Of a stretch of 64,000 bases of DNA, positions 25,583 to 40,734 are shown piece after piece (the stretch's first letter is position 1; each line of letters starts with the position of its first letter). The notes beneath the pieces are model-generated. The model was not told the origin of the DNA. It saw nothing but the letters and a program-made list of their open reading frames with translations, and ran no database searches. Made by a program: the position numbers and the translations under genes. The stretch spans positions 154,504,001-154,568,000 of the forward strand of contig OX597815.1 in the NCBI GenBank assembly GCA_951406725.2, in the 5' to 3' direction. The DNA is from Octopus vulgaris (Eukaryota).

Positions 25583-25820
25583 GATATATAAATAAATGTT
25601 TTCGTATTATATCTCAACTGAAAATATATTGGCTTACGTGTTTGTACAATATGTACGAATTAGTAAACCGATATTTTCTCTCTTAAATTATGCGAAAAGT
25701 TTTACTCTGGGAAAACTAATCTTTATATATTTTATATTTTATGCATATAAACACATAGAATCACATTATTCTCGACAAGTTAGAATTGTTTTATGTAGAA
25801 TATATATATACATATAAATG

Positions 25821-25891
<71 letters not shown>

Positions 25892-26089
25892 ATGTGTGTG
25901 TGTGTGCGTGCGTGTATGTGTGTGTGTATGTATGTGTGTGTGTGTGTGTATAATAATATTAGGGAACATTATTCCAAACATAGAGGGAAAAATTCAATTT
26001 AGTTATACTAAATCCAATTTCACATTATATAATATAAGTATATAAATTAGAGAAGAACCACCTTTTATCAATTCAACAACGATAAGAGT

Positions 26090-26527
26090 ATATGGCACAA
26101 TGTTACTGTAGTTTATAGCCTCAGTAAGACATCTCCTCCAGCTGGCTAAGGACATACTCTGTGCCCTATCAGTATTTGCAAAGGGAAATCATCGCTCCTA
26201 TCGCTAAACTGACGTGATACTAACGGACCCGGGTTTTTGGCTTGTAACCCGTCATCACCGCGTGACAATCATCGCCTAGAGGTGAGAAGTGATATTTCCA
26301 ATGCAAATATATATATGATTTTTCTAGTGACAAAAACTCTCGTAAAAGGAGAAACAAGCAATAATATAACTCTGTCTGAGCAAGATGTAAACAGTAGCAG
26401 TACGACACCGTGAAGTGTATTTGCCACCTAAATGTGGCTGACCCATATGGGACGATGCTACTGTAGTTTGTAGCCCCAGGAACTATATCTCCTCCAGCTG
26501 GCTAATGACACACTGTCTGTGCTCTAT
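26090..26527 (-). mobile_element. ~355-bp HHR-bearing unit present as ~1.2 tandem copies (retrozyme-like, decayed core)
   Basis: ctgtagttt..ctcctccagctggctaa at 26106 and 26461; reverse-strand homologue of 54294-54799. Confidence 0.75.
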
Positions 26528-26639
26528 ATACTTCACGATATCGTGCTGCTTCTGTTCATATCTCTCCCAGAGATATGAACAATAATGAAATATAGGGAAA
26601 AAACGTTTCTAAAGATTCAAAATAATATAGAGAAGGTGA

Positions 26640-27170
26640 TAGGCATTAACGAGTGTTTTGGCTAACATCTTAGAGGAAAATAAGGTGTTCCAGCAATCGT
26701 TTCAGAGGACATTAGTACAAGGCCTATTAAAAGGCTCATAAAATCCCTGATCTGTAGAATTTATACCCTGTACAAAGGAAATTTGTACCGTATGTAGGTA
26801 GAACCCACATGTTAAATGTAAGGTTAGGAATATGTTGTATAGTATACGATACACTGAGGGACAGTGCAGAGATATGACAACTAGTTACATTGAGGAGTCA
26901 ACACGCAACATAATGGAGTTTATAGGCGAAGACTGATAAGAGCTCAGAGAAGAGAAAGGCACACCAGTACGCTACCAACATGCTCAAGCAGCTCGGTTAA
27001 TAGTATAGCATTTAAGGTATTACCAATGCATAGTACTGACACAACACTTAGAGAGATCACAGAGGCTACACATATAGCAATAAATAGATCAAGCCTCAAC
27101 ATATGGGAACCGGCATTAAGGAAGGATAGGAGAATATCAGATTTATACGCCCTAAAACTCACTCCATAAG
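26640..27170 (+). mobile_element. Decayed GIY-YIG-like Penelope 3' remnant
   Basis: FIGE and LREITEA..I....LN motifs in broken frames. Confidence 0.4.
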
Positions 27171-27177
27171 TACCCAC

Positions 27178-27267
27178 GGGCATATAGCGTAGTGGGTAAG
27201 AGCGCGAGCTGCTAACCCCAAGATTCCGAGTTCGATTCTTGGCAGGGACCTGAATAATAATAATAAT
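27178..27267 (+). mobile_element. Short tRNA-derived SINE-like element with (AAT)n tail
   Basis: tagcgtagtggg A-box, gagttcgattc B-box; homologous to 7731. Confidence 0.7.
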
Positions 27268-28089
27268 TGTCTTCTGACAAAAATCAACTGTTTTATATTT
27301 TAGTGGAATATTTTAGAATCTATGTCTTTCCTGAGACTATTAACTATACACTTTCAATATACACTGTTCAATATTCTGAACAGGAATGGACTGCGGAAAA
27401 TCATCTGATGGCTGGGATCACCCCTACTAATTCTTCAATACGTACATCCTTAAGGATCACAGTCAGAAAAACACGAACACTCAAAGCTCTTCCCTATAGG
27501 TAAAAGTGTAAGGTCGAAATGTGTCTTCTCGTTCACTTCCTCAACTTCTTCAGCATGATGCTTCTAGGAACCAACGAGTAACAAGATGTGTAGACATCTC
27601 CGTCCAATACTTTATTGAAGGCAGCCTGTTGACCTTCAGGCGACAGCAGTTGCTCCCTATGATACTGAAATGATTCATCACTAATTGCTCCTCGGCGATG
27701 TTGTCTCCACACAGCAATTAATGCAGAGGATTCCAAGCTCTTTAGTCTGCAAGTTAGTTTGAGGAAGACAGGAATTTTACTCCACCTCTACCTCAAGAAA
27801 TGTACTATGTTCCTTGCATAACTCGGTAAAAATGACCTGAAGAAAATATTTTAGTTTGCCACTTTGGATAAACAAAGAGGTCAACAAAAGGCTGGCAAAA
27901 CAGACAATCTAAGCAATAATCATCTGAAAAGGAAAATACACAAACGCATGAATAGAGTGTCGTTGCGCTGATCTACCTTCCATTAAGACCCGAATTAGGG
28001 TTGCCTTCGGTCACCAACAATGAGTCCATCAGTGATCTCACCGGCGCCACCTTCACGCCGTCGTCAACATCCACTAGTATGAAGTTGTT

Positions 28090-28250
28090 ATAAACAATGA
28101 CGCCTTTGAACAAGCAAAAGTCATCAACATCGAAGCGATGCTGTTAAAGTCACAACTGTTTTAAGCGGGGCACTTTCCATATTGGAGTACGATCGCATGT
28201 CTAAAATTGTGCAATATGCCGAATATCCTACAGGCCATAGAAATCTCTTG
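28090..28250 (+). mobile_element. RTE-like LINE fragment
   Basis: NIEAMLLKSQL..GH...R.SKIVQYAE resembles the RTE C-terminus. Confidence 0.55.
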
Positions 28251-29405
28251 GAGGCTATTACATTGCTAATTTATTATAGCCTCCAATCCCGAAGCTTGTG
28301 AAATATTATTTCCCGTTCTGTTTTTTTCTGAGAACTCACGCAGATCTGGCCTTGAAGAGAAAAGGTAATTAGAGAAAAAATAGGCAACAAAGAAGTACCA
28401 ACATCGGGATAGAATTTCGCTTGTAGCTGCAGTGAATGTGCCACCCTGATTGTAATGTACACTTCAGCCACCATCAAACCTGCAGACATGAACTACCGAT
28501 CTTCATGAACCTTCCCTTACGTGATTTGCTCATCTTAGGAAATGCGAAAGAAATATTTATATCATTTGAATAGTAACAAAATTATTTTTATATAAAACAG
28601 AAAAGGAATGCAATATGGAAGCTGTGGCGATCATTAGATTTACATTGGGAATAATGGTAACAAGACACTCAAATTACTACAACCAGTCAATGAAACATAA
28701 TTAGACGCTATATTATAGATTTTACAAATTAAATTATTTAGAATTTATTAACAACTTTACGTTAAATTTTTCTCCAATGAGATTTCCACTTCAACATTTA
28801 ATTAGTAAATACAGATCATTAACGACATCTGTGTTCTGTGAAATATTTGATTCAGTTTGTATATAGGACACAAGAAAAACAAGTTTAGTTAGAAGAGTAT
28901 TGCCAATTAAAGGTTTCTGAATTTGGAGACATGTCAGATAAACATCATTAGAAATGAAGAGACATAACTAAAATTTATACTAACATCTGCGCATTCAATC
29001 AGTCAACAACTTCATATATATGATAATGCTCATTAAGATAAATGTATGCATACACACCCACACGCACACCCACCCACACTCACACACACACGCTCACACA
29101 TGTATGTTTGTAGATATTTAGACATAGGTATTTACTTCTTTGTGTGGGCTGTGTATATATATATGCGCGCGTATGTGTGTTTATGTATGTATGTGTATAT
29201 GTATGTAAATGTATATAAACGATATGCTTGTATACATGAGATGTACTTTTACAGTATGAATATCCATTTCACTCAACTAAAATTTCTGATAATCTGTTAA
29301 ATTTGCATTTCACTTACTTTCTGTTTTCTTTTAAATCTTGCACATACTCTATACAATAATATTATATATGAATCTCTCTATCTCTCTCTCTCTGTATATA
29401 TATAT

Positions 29406-29696
29406 AACCGTGATCACCATTACCGACCAGGCTATCAGATGTTGCTACACATCGCTGGTCACAATGTGCTTCACATTGTTTTAGCATCCAAATGACGCCA
29501 CTCCGCTGGCTAAGCGAGAGTAAGAGAAAGTTGTAGCGAAAGAGTAGAGCAGGGATCGCCACCACCCCCTGCTGGAGCCTCGTGGAGCTTTAGGTGTTTT
29601 CGTTCAATAAACACTCACAACGCCCGGTCTTGGAATCGAAACCGCGATTCTACAAACGCGAGCCCGCTGCCCTAACCACTGGGCCATTGCGCCTCC
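29406..29696 (-). mobile_element. tRNA-derived SINE (family C)
   Basis: Head ggaggcgcaatggcccagtggttagggcagc with B-box gtttcgattcc; homologous to 33878-34262. Confidence 0.85.
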
Positions 29697-29698
29697 AC

Positions 29699-30236
<538 letters not shown>

Positions 30237-30255
30237 ATATATATATATATATATA

Positions 30256-30580
30256 AGGAGCACTCCGTCGGTTACGATGATGAGGATCCCAACTGATTCG
30301 ATCAACGGAACAGCTAGCTCATGAAATTAATGTGCAAGTGCTTGAGCACTCCACAGACACGTGTACTCTTAACGTAGTTCTCAGGGAGAATCGGCGTGAC
30401 ACAGTGTGTGACGAGGCTGGACCTTTGAAATACAAGCACTACTCATTTTTGCCAGCAGAGTGGACTAGAGCAATGTGAAATAAAGTGTCTTGCTCAAGGA
30501 CACAATGCGTCGCCGGGAATTAAACTCACGACCTTACGATCGCGAGCCGAATGCCCTAACCACTAAGATACACGCCTTCA
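30256..30580 (-). mobile_element. tRNA-derived SINE sharing its 3' part with family C
   Basis: tRNA-like head at 30510-30580; 3' part shared with 33880-34060 and 57030-57150. Confidence 0.8.
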
Positions 30581-31481
30581 CGATATAGTGAAGTTTCGTT
30601 TCGTGGGTTTTCTTTTTGTTCCAGATTAGTTTACATGTTTTCAAAGAATGTGACATCGAAATCACGCGTAAACGACTCCTTTCAAGAGAAAAGGAAAGGT
30701 TTGACTGCTATTTCTTGCACACAGTGGTACCACATAACAGGTATTTCAGGTCATTTATCGCAAATAGCTGTTACGTGGTAGCAGGGTGTGCTAGAAATAG
30801 CAGCCAATTCTCTGGAGGTAAGATACGCTAAAAGCGCTCGAGAAAACATATGGAAAAAAATTATTTTACATCGAGATTCCGAACACGTTTTTACGAAATA
30901 TTTATTGTATTTTTAAAGTCATTTTCACTTTAAAATATTTTTAGATATGCAAAAACGTTTTTGTAATGGTATTCAATTGAAAATAATTTTAAAAACATTA
31001 AAATATTGTGTGTTTAAAGAAAGCTAAAATACAATATTTACTATACAAACAACTTACATTTTGGAAAAGACATTCACTTAGAAATATTTCTAAAATATTG
31101 TGTTTATCAAAAGCAAAAATAAGCAAAATTTAGTATAAAACACAAATGATATTTTTTCGTTGTCAAGTCACTGTGTCCAATGAAGCGGTAATAGTTTCTT
31201 CCTTTTCAAGATTAAGTTATTTGCGGAGTATTTTTCCATTATGCACCGTTTTGGTTATTTATGACCTGAAAACATCCTAATATCTCAACAACTCCTTGTT
31301 TTATTGCGTTCATATTCACTTTTCAGGGGATAAATTAATTCATAGTAATTTCCCATTATGCGCCAATTTGGCTAGGTAACATTGCAAGCAAACTAGTTCT
31401 AATGTATTTTATATATGTATATATAAACATATGTATGTACGTATGTATATATATATGTATATGTATATATATATATGTATA

Positions 31482-31585
<104 letters not shown>

Positions 31586-31787
31586 ATTGAGGTAATCAGA
31601 TCAGATGGTTCATATTTGTAGATATTTATTTATATATTACATTTTTTACATATATATCATATCATTCGGATTAGCGCTTGCTCCCATTCTAGTGGGTTTT
31701 CAAATCAAATCAGTTGTGGGTAGTTTGAACCTTTTTATAGTTTCGTAGTAGTGGGTGAGGAGGAAGTGAGACAGAGAGAAAATATGT

Positions 31788-31873
<86 letters not shown>

Positions 31874-32075
31874 ATTTATATCTGAGAGTGAAGAAGTGTT
31901 ATTTCCGTTGGTCTGCTGGACCCCCTGTGGTTTTATAAGAACTTTGGCTGTCCATTTCAATGTCACTGAGTGTGTGTTGTGCATAGGTTGGCCTGGCAAA
32001 TGTCATTTGGGGTCACACTTTCTATGATCATTCTGTGGAGGTGTGTGTGTGTCTCTGTGTGTCTGTGTGTGTTTT

Positions 32076-32113
<38 letters not shown>

Positions 32114-32197
32114 TGTGTGTGTCTGTGTGTTTGGAGAAGGGGAGAGAGACAAAAAGAGAAAAGGGAAAATAAAAATAATAATAATAAAAATAAAAAA

Positions 32198-32254
<57 letters not shown>

Positions 32255-32440
32255 GTTTATATATATACATATATATATGTATATATATATATATACATAT
32301 ATACCTACAGAATGGATTACAGAAATGCTAATAATCTTTGTACAACAGCTCGAGTAAGTTCCTTCTTATGTTTTAATGATGAAATAAAAGCCATTTCAAG
32401 TAATATTTTTCTCATATAGTTTATTAGGTGCATATAACCG

Positions 32441-32483
<43 letters not shown>

Positions 32484-33877
32484 TATATTTAGACATGTAT
32501 GTATGTGTATGTGTATGGGTATACAAATGGGTGAAAGTATATGTATAAATAGTGTGTAGAAGAGAATGAAGAGAAAACAGAGAAAACAAACAGAAGGTAA
32601 AAACAATGAAAAGAGATATCACGTGTACAAAAGAAATTGTAAACAGACAAAAGAAAAGAAAATCAGAAATTGAATTGCGACAACAGATGTCAAGAGGTTC
32701 ATCAAATCAATCAACTAGTATATGACAGAAGCATTTACCTGTAAGTGTAACAAAAATCGAAAGAATAGAACATGTCCGAGATATTACCGTTAACTAAATC
32801 CTTTCAATCGACTGCCGCACAACTCTCGATGACCAGTTTTCAGTTTCGTGGTAGGGCTCCTGCGACTACTGAGAATTCATTTCATATGGTTTCCTAGATT
32901 AAAACAAAGCGAAAATTATATACAAAATGATATTTATGATTCTTAAGTATATTAGAAATTCGAAAACGTTATTTACCTTAAGTCATATTATTCAGAAATA
33001 AAATTCAATTTGTAGACTAGTCTCATTTAGACTTTGATTTCATAAATATAAAAAAACACAGCAATTAAGTATTTTTCCTTGCATCCGAAATCTTCTGTAT
33101 TCCACTGCCTCTTTGTTCAGTTAAGATGTTACTATTTTATTCAAATATGATCATTGAAAACCGATGCCTTTTATCTACCGCAGAACATCGTTATCTTTTC
33201 CTTTGAAGTCATGTGGATTAGTAATGCGTAATTAATTTATTTGACATTTGACTCAGACAAGAGTGCTTTCGATCTGCTTTCACAATAGAAACGTATCTTA
33301 CATGCAGCAAAAACTTCATTTTCGAAACTCATATTTTATGAAATTGTATTAATACAATCATTCAGCTTCCCTTAAGTTTGAACTCGAAATCTGAACTTAG
33401 CTTCAATAACTAGGCTTTTGCTTCTTCTAAGAAGCAAATATTGACCACATATCATATGTACATTATTATAAGTGAATGATATATTTTGAGAAGAGAACAA
33501 TATTTTGATATTTTGATCGAGTTACATTTTGTATGAGCTTATTAGTCCCATGAGTAAGCTGCCAGTTTAAAGTAAATTTGCAATGCTCTCTACAACACAA
33601 GGTGTAAAATATCAGAGTCTGTTCATTAGACGTAAAACTGAGAGATACATAACGCGAAGATAAACGGTCAGCATAGAGGGATCAATTTGTGATAATTTCT
33701 TAGTGACAGAGAAATATTTCTTCAAATGTTATAGCGTTAAATCTCTTACAATAAATTTCCCTTCGTTCATTTGTCTGTTCCTAACCAATTAAAGACAAAT
33801 TTCAAGTTGATGTCAAAATATAAACAAAATAACTGAATTGTTTGCTTTAGAAAATAAATATGTAGGTTGATCTTTCT

Positions 33878-34262
33878 ATCGTGGGCCTCCGTCGGTTATG
33901 ACGGTGAGGGTTCAACTTGATCCGATCAACGGAACAGCTTGCTTGTGAAATCAACGTGCAAGTGGCTGAGCACTCCACAGACACGTGTTCACTTAACGTA
34001 GTTCTCGGGAATATTGAACGTAACACAGAGTGTGACAAGGCTGGCCCTATGAAATACAAGTACAACAGAAACAGGAAGAAAGAGTGAGAGAAAGTTGTGG
34101 TGAAAGAATACCGCAGAGTTCCCCACCACCCCCTGCCGGAGATTCGTGGATCTTTAGGCATTTTTGCTGAATAAGCACTCACAACGCCCGGTCTGGAAAT
34201 TGAAACCGTGATCCTATGACTGCGAGTCCGCTGCTCTAACCATTGGTCATTGGACCTCCGCG
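33878..34262 (-). mobile_element. tRNA-derived SINE (family C)
   Basis: Homology to the 29406 and 30256 copies. Confidence 0.85.
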
Positions 34263-34859
34263 CTTTTATATATATTCCGATTAAGGATGCATGATGTTTT
34301 TAGTAAAAGGATGCAAAGGAATAGACCAAACCTCTCTATTGAAGTTCAAAGAGACTAAAAGTTGTCTCGAGTTGTCATCAAACTATTAAAGATCAGCCTC
34401 TCTCCTCAATGCTTCATGTAATTAATTTTAATTAGTAAAATACCGCTGTATTCTCATCTATCTTTCCTTCCTTTGATTCAAAATAGTTTTTTTAATGACT
34501 TGTCTTATTTTCAAGTATGCAATTATTACTGAATCAAAATTTCTTGGCCAGGCCAAGTGGTTTCCAGTTCAGTCCCACTTTGCGGTATTTTAGGTAATGC
34601 TGACCAATACTGTTTGAATGAATTTAGTGGACGCCTTTGACTTTGTCGCTACCACAGCTTGACAGGCGGTGTTGGCCTTCTTACGACCCCCATAATTTAG
34701 AGGCTCGGCAAAATTAATCCCATTGAATAACAAATTGATAGACTATCAAGTATTAGTTCAATTTTTTCGGCTAAACCCTTCAAGGAGATGCTCCGACATA
34801 GCAGTAGTGTAATTACTAAAACATAAGATGAAAGATTACTGCCTCACCTATGGCTAATA

Positions 34860-35760
34860 TTACATCTTTGATAAGCTAAACATTGCTAAGTTTACTTCCG
34901 CGCAAACCCACGACTTAGGATGTCGAGGGTATATTTTAGAGCTGATGTTACTCAGCCACCCCGTGCCTGGCCCCCTCTCCCCGATTTCTCTCTCAAGGTA
35001 GATAGACAGATGGAGGAAAAGATTGGTCATCAGAATGAGACTGCTAGTTTATGTACCATTCATTTCCGAGATCCTGTAATCTTTTAAGAGTATTTGGTAT
35101 CAGCCGCATTGCTAGTCAGATGAGGGTGATCCGAGACTGGCATCGGGTGAATCTTCACATTATGGATGATATTCGTATTGTTTGTGAAGCGGAGATCCAG
35201 TATATTATTTGCCCTGGCTGGTTGAAACACAATTTGTTCCATGAATAAAACATTGAGCAGAGGTACCACCTGTGTTTGTTGACGGTGCGTCATTCCTGAG
35301 AGAATGAGGCTCTCGGATCATCCCACTTTGAGGAAGCTGAAGTCACTATCAAGGAATATACTGATGTGAAGTTCTAGTTTGGTTAGAATTGTTTTTTGTG
35401 AGACAGTCTTCAAATTTGTCCGTATTAATCTGGCGCATCCCGTGGAAATATATAGTACATATAACGAGTTATGTATACAATTTGAGTGTCACAAGCTGAA
35501 TCTGAATTTGACTGCAAAACCTGAGTTGTGAGGTCCTCAATGATGTATACTGTGACTCCACCGTGGAAACTTTTTCATCTGTCCATTCGTAACACAATCA
35601 TACTTCGGTATGTGGAATTCTGCATCCGCTATTTTAATTATGTGTTCTAACGACTGCAAAGTCTAAAACTTGATTGCATGCAGCAGAGTCTCTCAGAAAA
35701 GTGATTTTTGTTGTGGTGTTGATGTCCAACAGGAGTTTGACATTCAATAAAAATATTGGT
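34860..35760 (-). mobile_element. Decayed LINE apurinic endonuclease region (CR1/L2-like)
   Basis: QPARANNILDLRFTN...VSDH; related fragment at 57280-57715. Confidence 0.7.
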
Positions 35761-36796
35761 GCAACGTTTGTGATGATGTTAGTGGTGGCCATCACTGTAT
35801 CTGTTAACGGTTGTGAGCTAGCGTCGTGGTGGTCGGGGTTTCAAATCTGTACTTGATGTAACCAGGTCAGCTCTGCATAATCGTTTGAGCCATGCACAAA
35901 AGCAAATTTTTGTTCAGCTGCTCCCCTTTTCTCAACACCTAGATGAAGTTGGTTGTTTAAAGTGATTACAAAGCGAGCTTGCTTAATCACACAGCCATGG
36001 CTGCGTATATAACATCTGCAAATACTAAAACTAAACCGCTTGACAGAGAGTCGCTTAAGACACAAATAGGTTTACTAACTTATCACTGACATTAATGTTA
36101 CGATTATTTTTACTTGAAATATGTTACAAGTGAGAAACCATAACACAACATTTTTTATTACTAAAAGCATTGGAATGAATTCTTTATGTTTGTTTAATAT
36201 TTCATAATTCAGAAAATAGAATAGCACTTTCCATATTTGTTGAAATGATTTCTTGTTATTGATTTTCTTCTTTCTTGGCGACACGCATATTTTTCTAAAT
36301 AGATCTTAGCACATCAAAATTGTCCTTTGATATAACCATTGGAATAATTCTAACAACACATGTTATTATATTCGAATTCTAATCATTATACAGATGCATG
36401 ATATTTTCAAAAGGAAGATGCCATAAGGCAACACTATTTTGATACAGCTTTGGACTATGAAATATATCTGAGTCTGCAAAGAAGTATTCAAAACAACAGT
36501 TTAAAATATATAGTTTGAACAGATTTAATGATTCGAATATATATATATAATTTGCTGTAAAAACATTACGAGCCTGTGTGTCTGTGCATACTTTTCAATT
36601 CAATGTATGCCAGAATGTCTGAAAATATGACGGAGACCTCAAACGACATTTTAAGAACCACAAAGATCAGAGCTCTTTGTGATCCATTCGGATATGCAAT
36701 CAATGTGGGTGTCTTTTCAAAATATTGTCTGGTTTAAAAAGCCATATCAGAGGCCATGAAAGTCCTAAGGTGTAGGTACAGGAGGTCCTCAAACCA

Positions 36797-36854
<58 letters not shown>

Positions 36855-36855
<1 letters not shown>

Positions 36856-37056
36856 GGACCAGAGAAAGTACATAAATGTGAGACAAGGTGGAAAACACAG
36901 TACTTAAATACCAGAGGTAGAGTATTATTCTTTATTAAAAGCAGCAGAAATATCACAAAAACAGTTACTCAGAATTTCACGTTCCCGTTCGTCGGACAGT
37001 TTTATTAGAATTCTAACAAAACTGTTCGACGAACGGGGACGTGAAACTCTGAGTAA
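36855..37056 (-). mobile_element. pLTR remnant ending in a 92-bp palindrome (36965-37056) with HHR-like motifs on both strands
   Basis: Loopless centre ttagaattctaa; cores CCGACGA and TCGACGA, then acg..cgt GAAA .TCTGAG TA. Confidence 0.7.
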
Positions 37057-37393
37057 GGAAAACTTTATGAGTGTTTGATTTTCAAATTTGAGGGTGATAT
37101 AAAATTCTATACTTTTTTATGGATATAGTTCAATAAGAGGATTTTAATATATGTTACCGGTATCATTGAGGTAGCAAAAAATTATCAATGACAGCGTGCA
37201 AAAAAATATGGATTACGTGAAAAAATGCGAGCAAGACAGATAATATTCATAAGATTATAAACCTGTAAAAGTACAGGACAAGTTATTACACTTGGAAAAG
37301 TTCAGGTCATGTAATTACATCTTGTAAAGAACAGAACAAGGAAATTTTAAATTGAAATATTGCAGGTAAGGACATTTCAAATAAATATATATG

Positions 37394-38219
<826 letters not shown>

Positions 38220-38338
38220 TTTATAATCACCCCACATTACTGTATGGATAACACCATATAGTTTTTCTGGTGCATCTAAGTTAAGTACCACATTCAAGTA
38301 AATTCATTGGAAGTTACTTGAATCTTAATTGCTTTGAT

Positions 38339-38370
<32 letters not shown>

Positions 38371-38619
38371 GAGAGACACACACACACACACACATATATA
38401 TGTTTTTATACCACAATTCTCAGCCTTCATCCACATCACATAAGAAGCTTAAACAAGACAGGGCAATAAAAAATAGAAGAAAATACGATATAAGGCGAGA
38501 AGGAAGTAGATGTAACATGGTGAAGGCTGAAAACACCGGAAACCAAAAAGAAAAAAAGAAACAAAGGAGAATTAGAGTTTGGTCCACTTGGACCGTAAAG
38601 TCATAAGGCTGAATGGATA

Positions 38620-39570
38620 GGGTCTTATAGTCTGCTCAATTCGGAGAGGTTGGTATTTCCTAATTCGCCATCAACTGAAAATTTCACATCTGAAATTCAG
38701 CAGTGCAGTGGAGTTCTTGGATCTGCAAAGTATCTGTGATCTTTCAGCTAGCATAGCTTACAATATATTGGTCCGTTGAGATATGGTGTAAACTTTGCAA
38801 CCATGTTCCACAGGATTGTATGCGGTGTGACGTTGGACTTCAAAACCCATACGTGGCTGGGCAACCTAGTTACTTTTGTCCTTCTGTCAGAAGGAAGATA
38901 TGTGGTTTGCATAGAGATATTTGAAGTCGCCTTCACATACCCGATGTTGCTATTCTTTTCGGTTATGTTATCATCTAGCCTTGCTAAAACTTCTGCTTCA
39001 TATATGACATATTCAATTATGTACTACTTGTTGAGTGGACAGGTCTCTGGGTTTCGACGGTTTCAACTGGGAGTAGGCTATTGGTGGTGTTTTCGTGTAA
39101 TGATGCTCCTATATTGGGGCAGCATATATACGATAATTTCAATGAGTGTCCGTTGAATATTTTTCTGTACTTGTGATTTACGGGGAAACACTTGTCTAAA
39201 AGACACAGGAATCTTTTACGTATTTCGCTTTTGACATATAGAAAGTGTTTGTGCGTGTTTGTGTGTGTGAGCAGGACGAACCTAATTATTCTCTAAGGTT
39301 TATTTTTAGGTCTATTCATGTTATTTGTACTGTTATTAGAGGGGTAGTAAATTGATTCATCGTTAAAACCATTGTTAGTTAGGACATTGTTGCCATTTTG
39401 AAAATTTTTTAAAGGAACAGCGGTTAGATATTCTGTTGCTAATGTTGGCTATCAGGTTTTTAAACAGTATGGGTGGATGACAAGACTGTTTTTGTATGTA
39501 TGAAAGTTTCCCGTTGGTCTATACCGAGACGATGGAGTGGGCATTTACTTTGGCTGTGATGGTCACACCC
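38620..39570 (-). mobile_element. Decayed Nematis-like Penelope RT-end/GIY-YIG remnant
   Basis: TRLPSHVWVLKSN...W..VAKFTPY...YCKLC parallels the 17996-18973 ORF. Confidence 0.7.
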
Positions 39571-39574
39571 TAAA

Positions 39575-40415
39575 TAAATTTAGGAAACAACTCACCTCAA
39601 CCGTTAACCAGTGAAGCCTTAAAAGCACAATCGCTAATAATCTGACAAAAGTCGATTTTTTAGATGTTTATCTTGTCCTAAACTCTTCTTCTTATAATCC
39701 TTTTCATGATCCCAACTAGAAATTTTCCAACATACACAAGCAAACCTATAGTGTTTAAAAACCTGATAGATTACACAGTCACTTCAGCTTTAAACTAACA
39801 CTTCACTACGTCCAACACATATGAAATTTTCAATAGACACACAGTTAAACTACCTTACTCTCATATGCCTAATATTACTGAATGCATAGCAAAATTTAAC
39901 TGTTGTAAATTAAGCTGTACTGGTAATAACCCTATAACTACTGACTTCTCATCTAATACCATCATTCCTAGCAATACAAATCCCTGCAGTATCACATCTA
40001 ATATAAATGATCAATATAATGATGCACCTAATTCTATTAATAAAACTTTTAATGATAATCAAGCTGGACCGATTATACCTGCCAATATTTAAGCTAATAT
40101 TGCTTTATATAAATTCTTTAATTGTGTCAAGTTCATAACTATTGCCTTAAAAAAAACTTGTTGTATAAATATTGTATCAACAGTCTTGATATAGTCCAGG
40201 TTTATATTGGTGCGTCCTCAGCCTTATTTAGACTTCGCTAGAATAATTACAAATCGATATACAGACATAACGATAAGGCTTATAGTTCACATCTAGCTGA
40301 ATTTGCACATTCTCTCACTAGTAATAACATTGAATATAAAACTGTTTGGTCCATTTTAAATGATGTAAAGCCATATAAAGGTGACGGTTGTTGGCGTGGG
40401 TTGTGTGTATCGGAG
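39575..40415 (+). mobile_element. Decayed Nematis-like Penelope RT-end/GIY-YIG remnant
   Basis: VDFLDV.L.LN, Asn/Ser-rich linker, YIGASS, KPY......LC.SE. Confidence 0.65.
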
Positions 40416-40432
40416 GTATTCCCCCCCCCCAC

Positions 40433-40485
<53 letters not shown>

Positions 40486-40734
40486 TAAACAAACACATAT
40501 ATATATATATATATCGCCACAGTCAAATGACTGAAACAAGTAAAAAAATAAAATGATAAAAGAATATGTGTGTGTGTAAAAAGTGTATTCGTTCGACATA
40601 CATATATTATCACACATCGTTTCTGTTCGATATTAGTTAATGTTTATATTTTTTTAACAATATTCCCCTGTTCTGAATTAATATTAATTATTTTTATCCA
40701 CTTTGTTTCATTAATTTCACTATATGTATATATT

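Noticed and set aside
27178-27255. Functional tRNA-Ser gene
   Set aside because: Acceptor stem does not pair, the Ser variable arm is missing, and an AAT tail follows
27400-27480. HHR-like ctgatgg..gatc..gatcacag..gaaa
   Set aside because: Core and stems I and III are too degenerate to call
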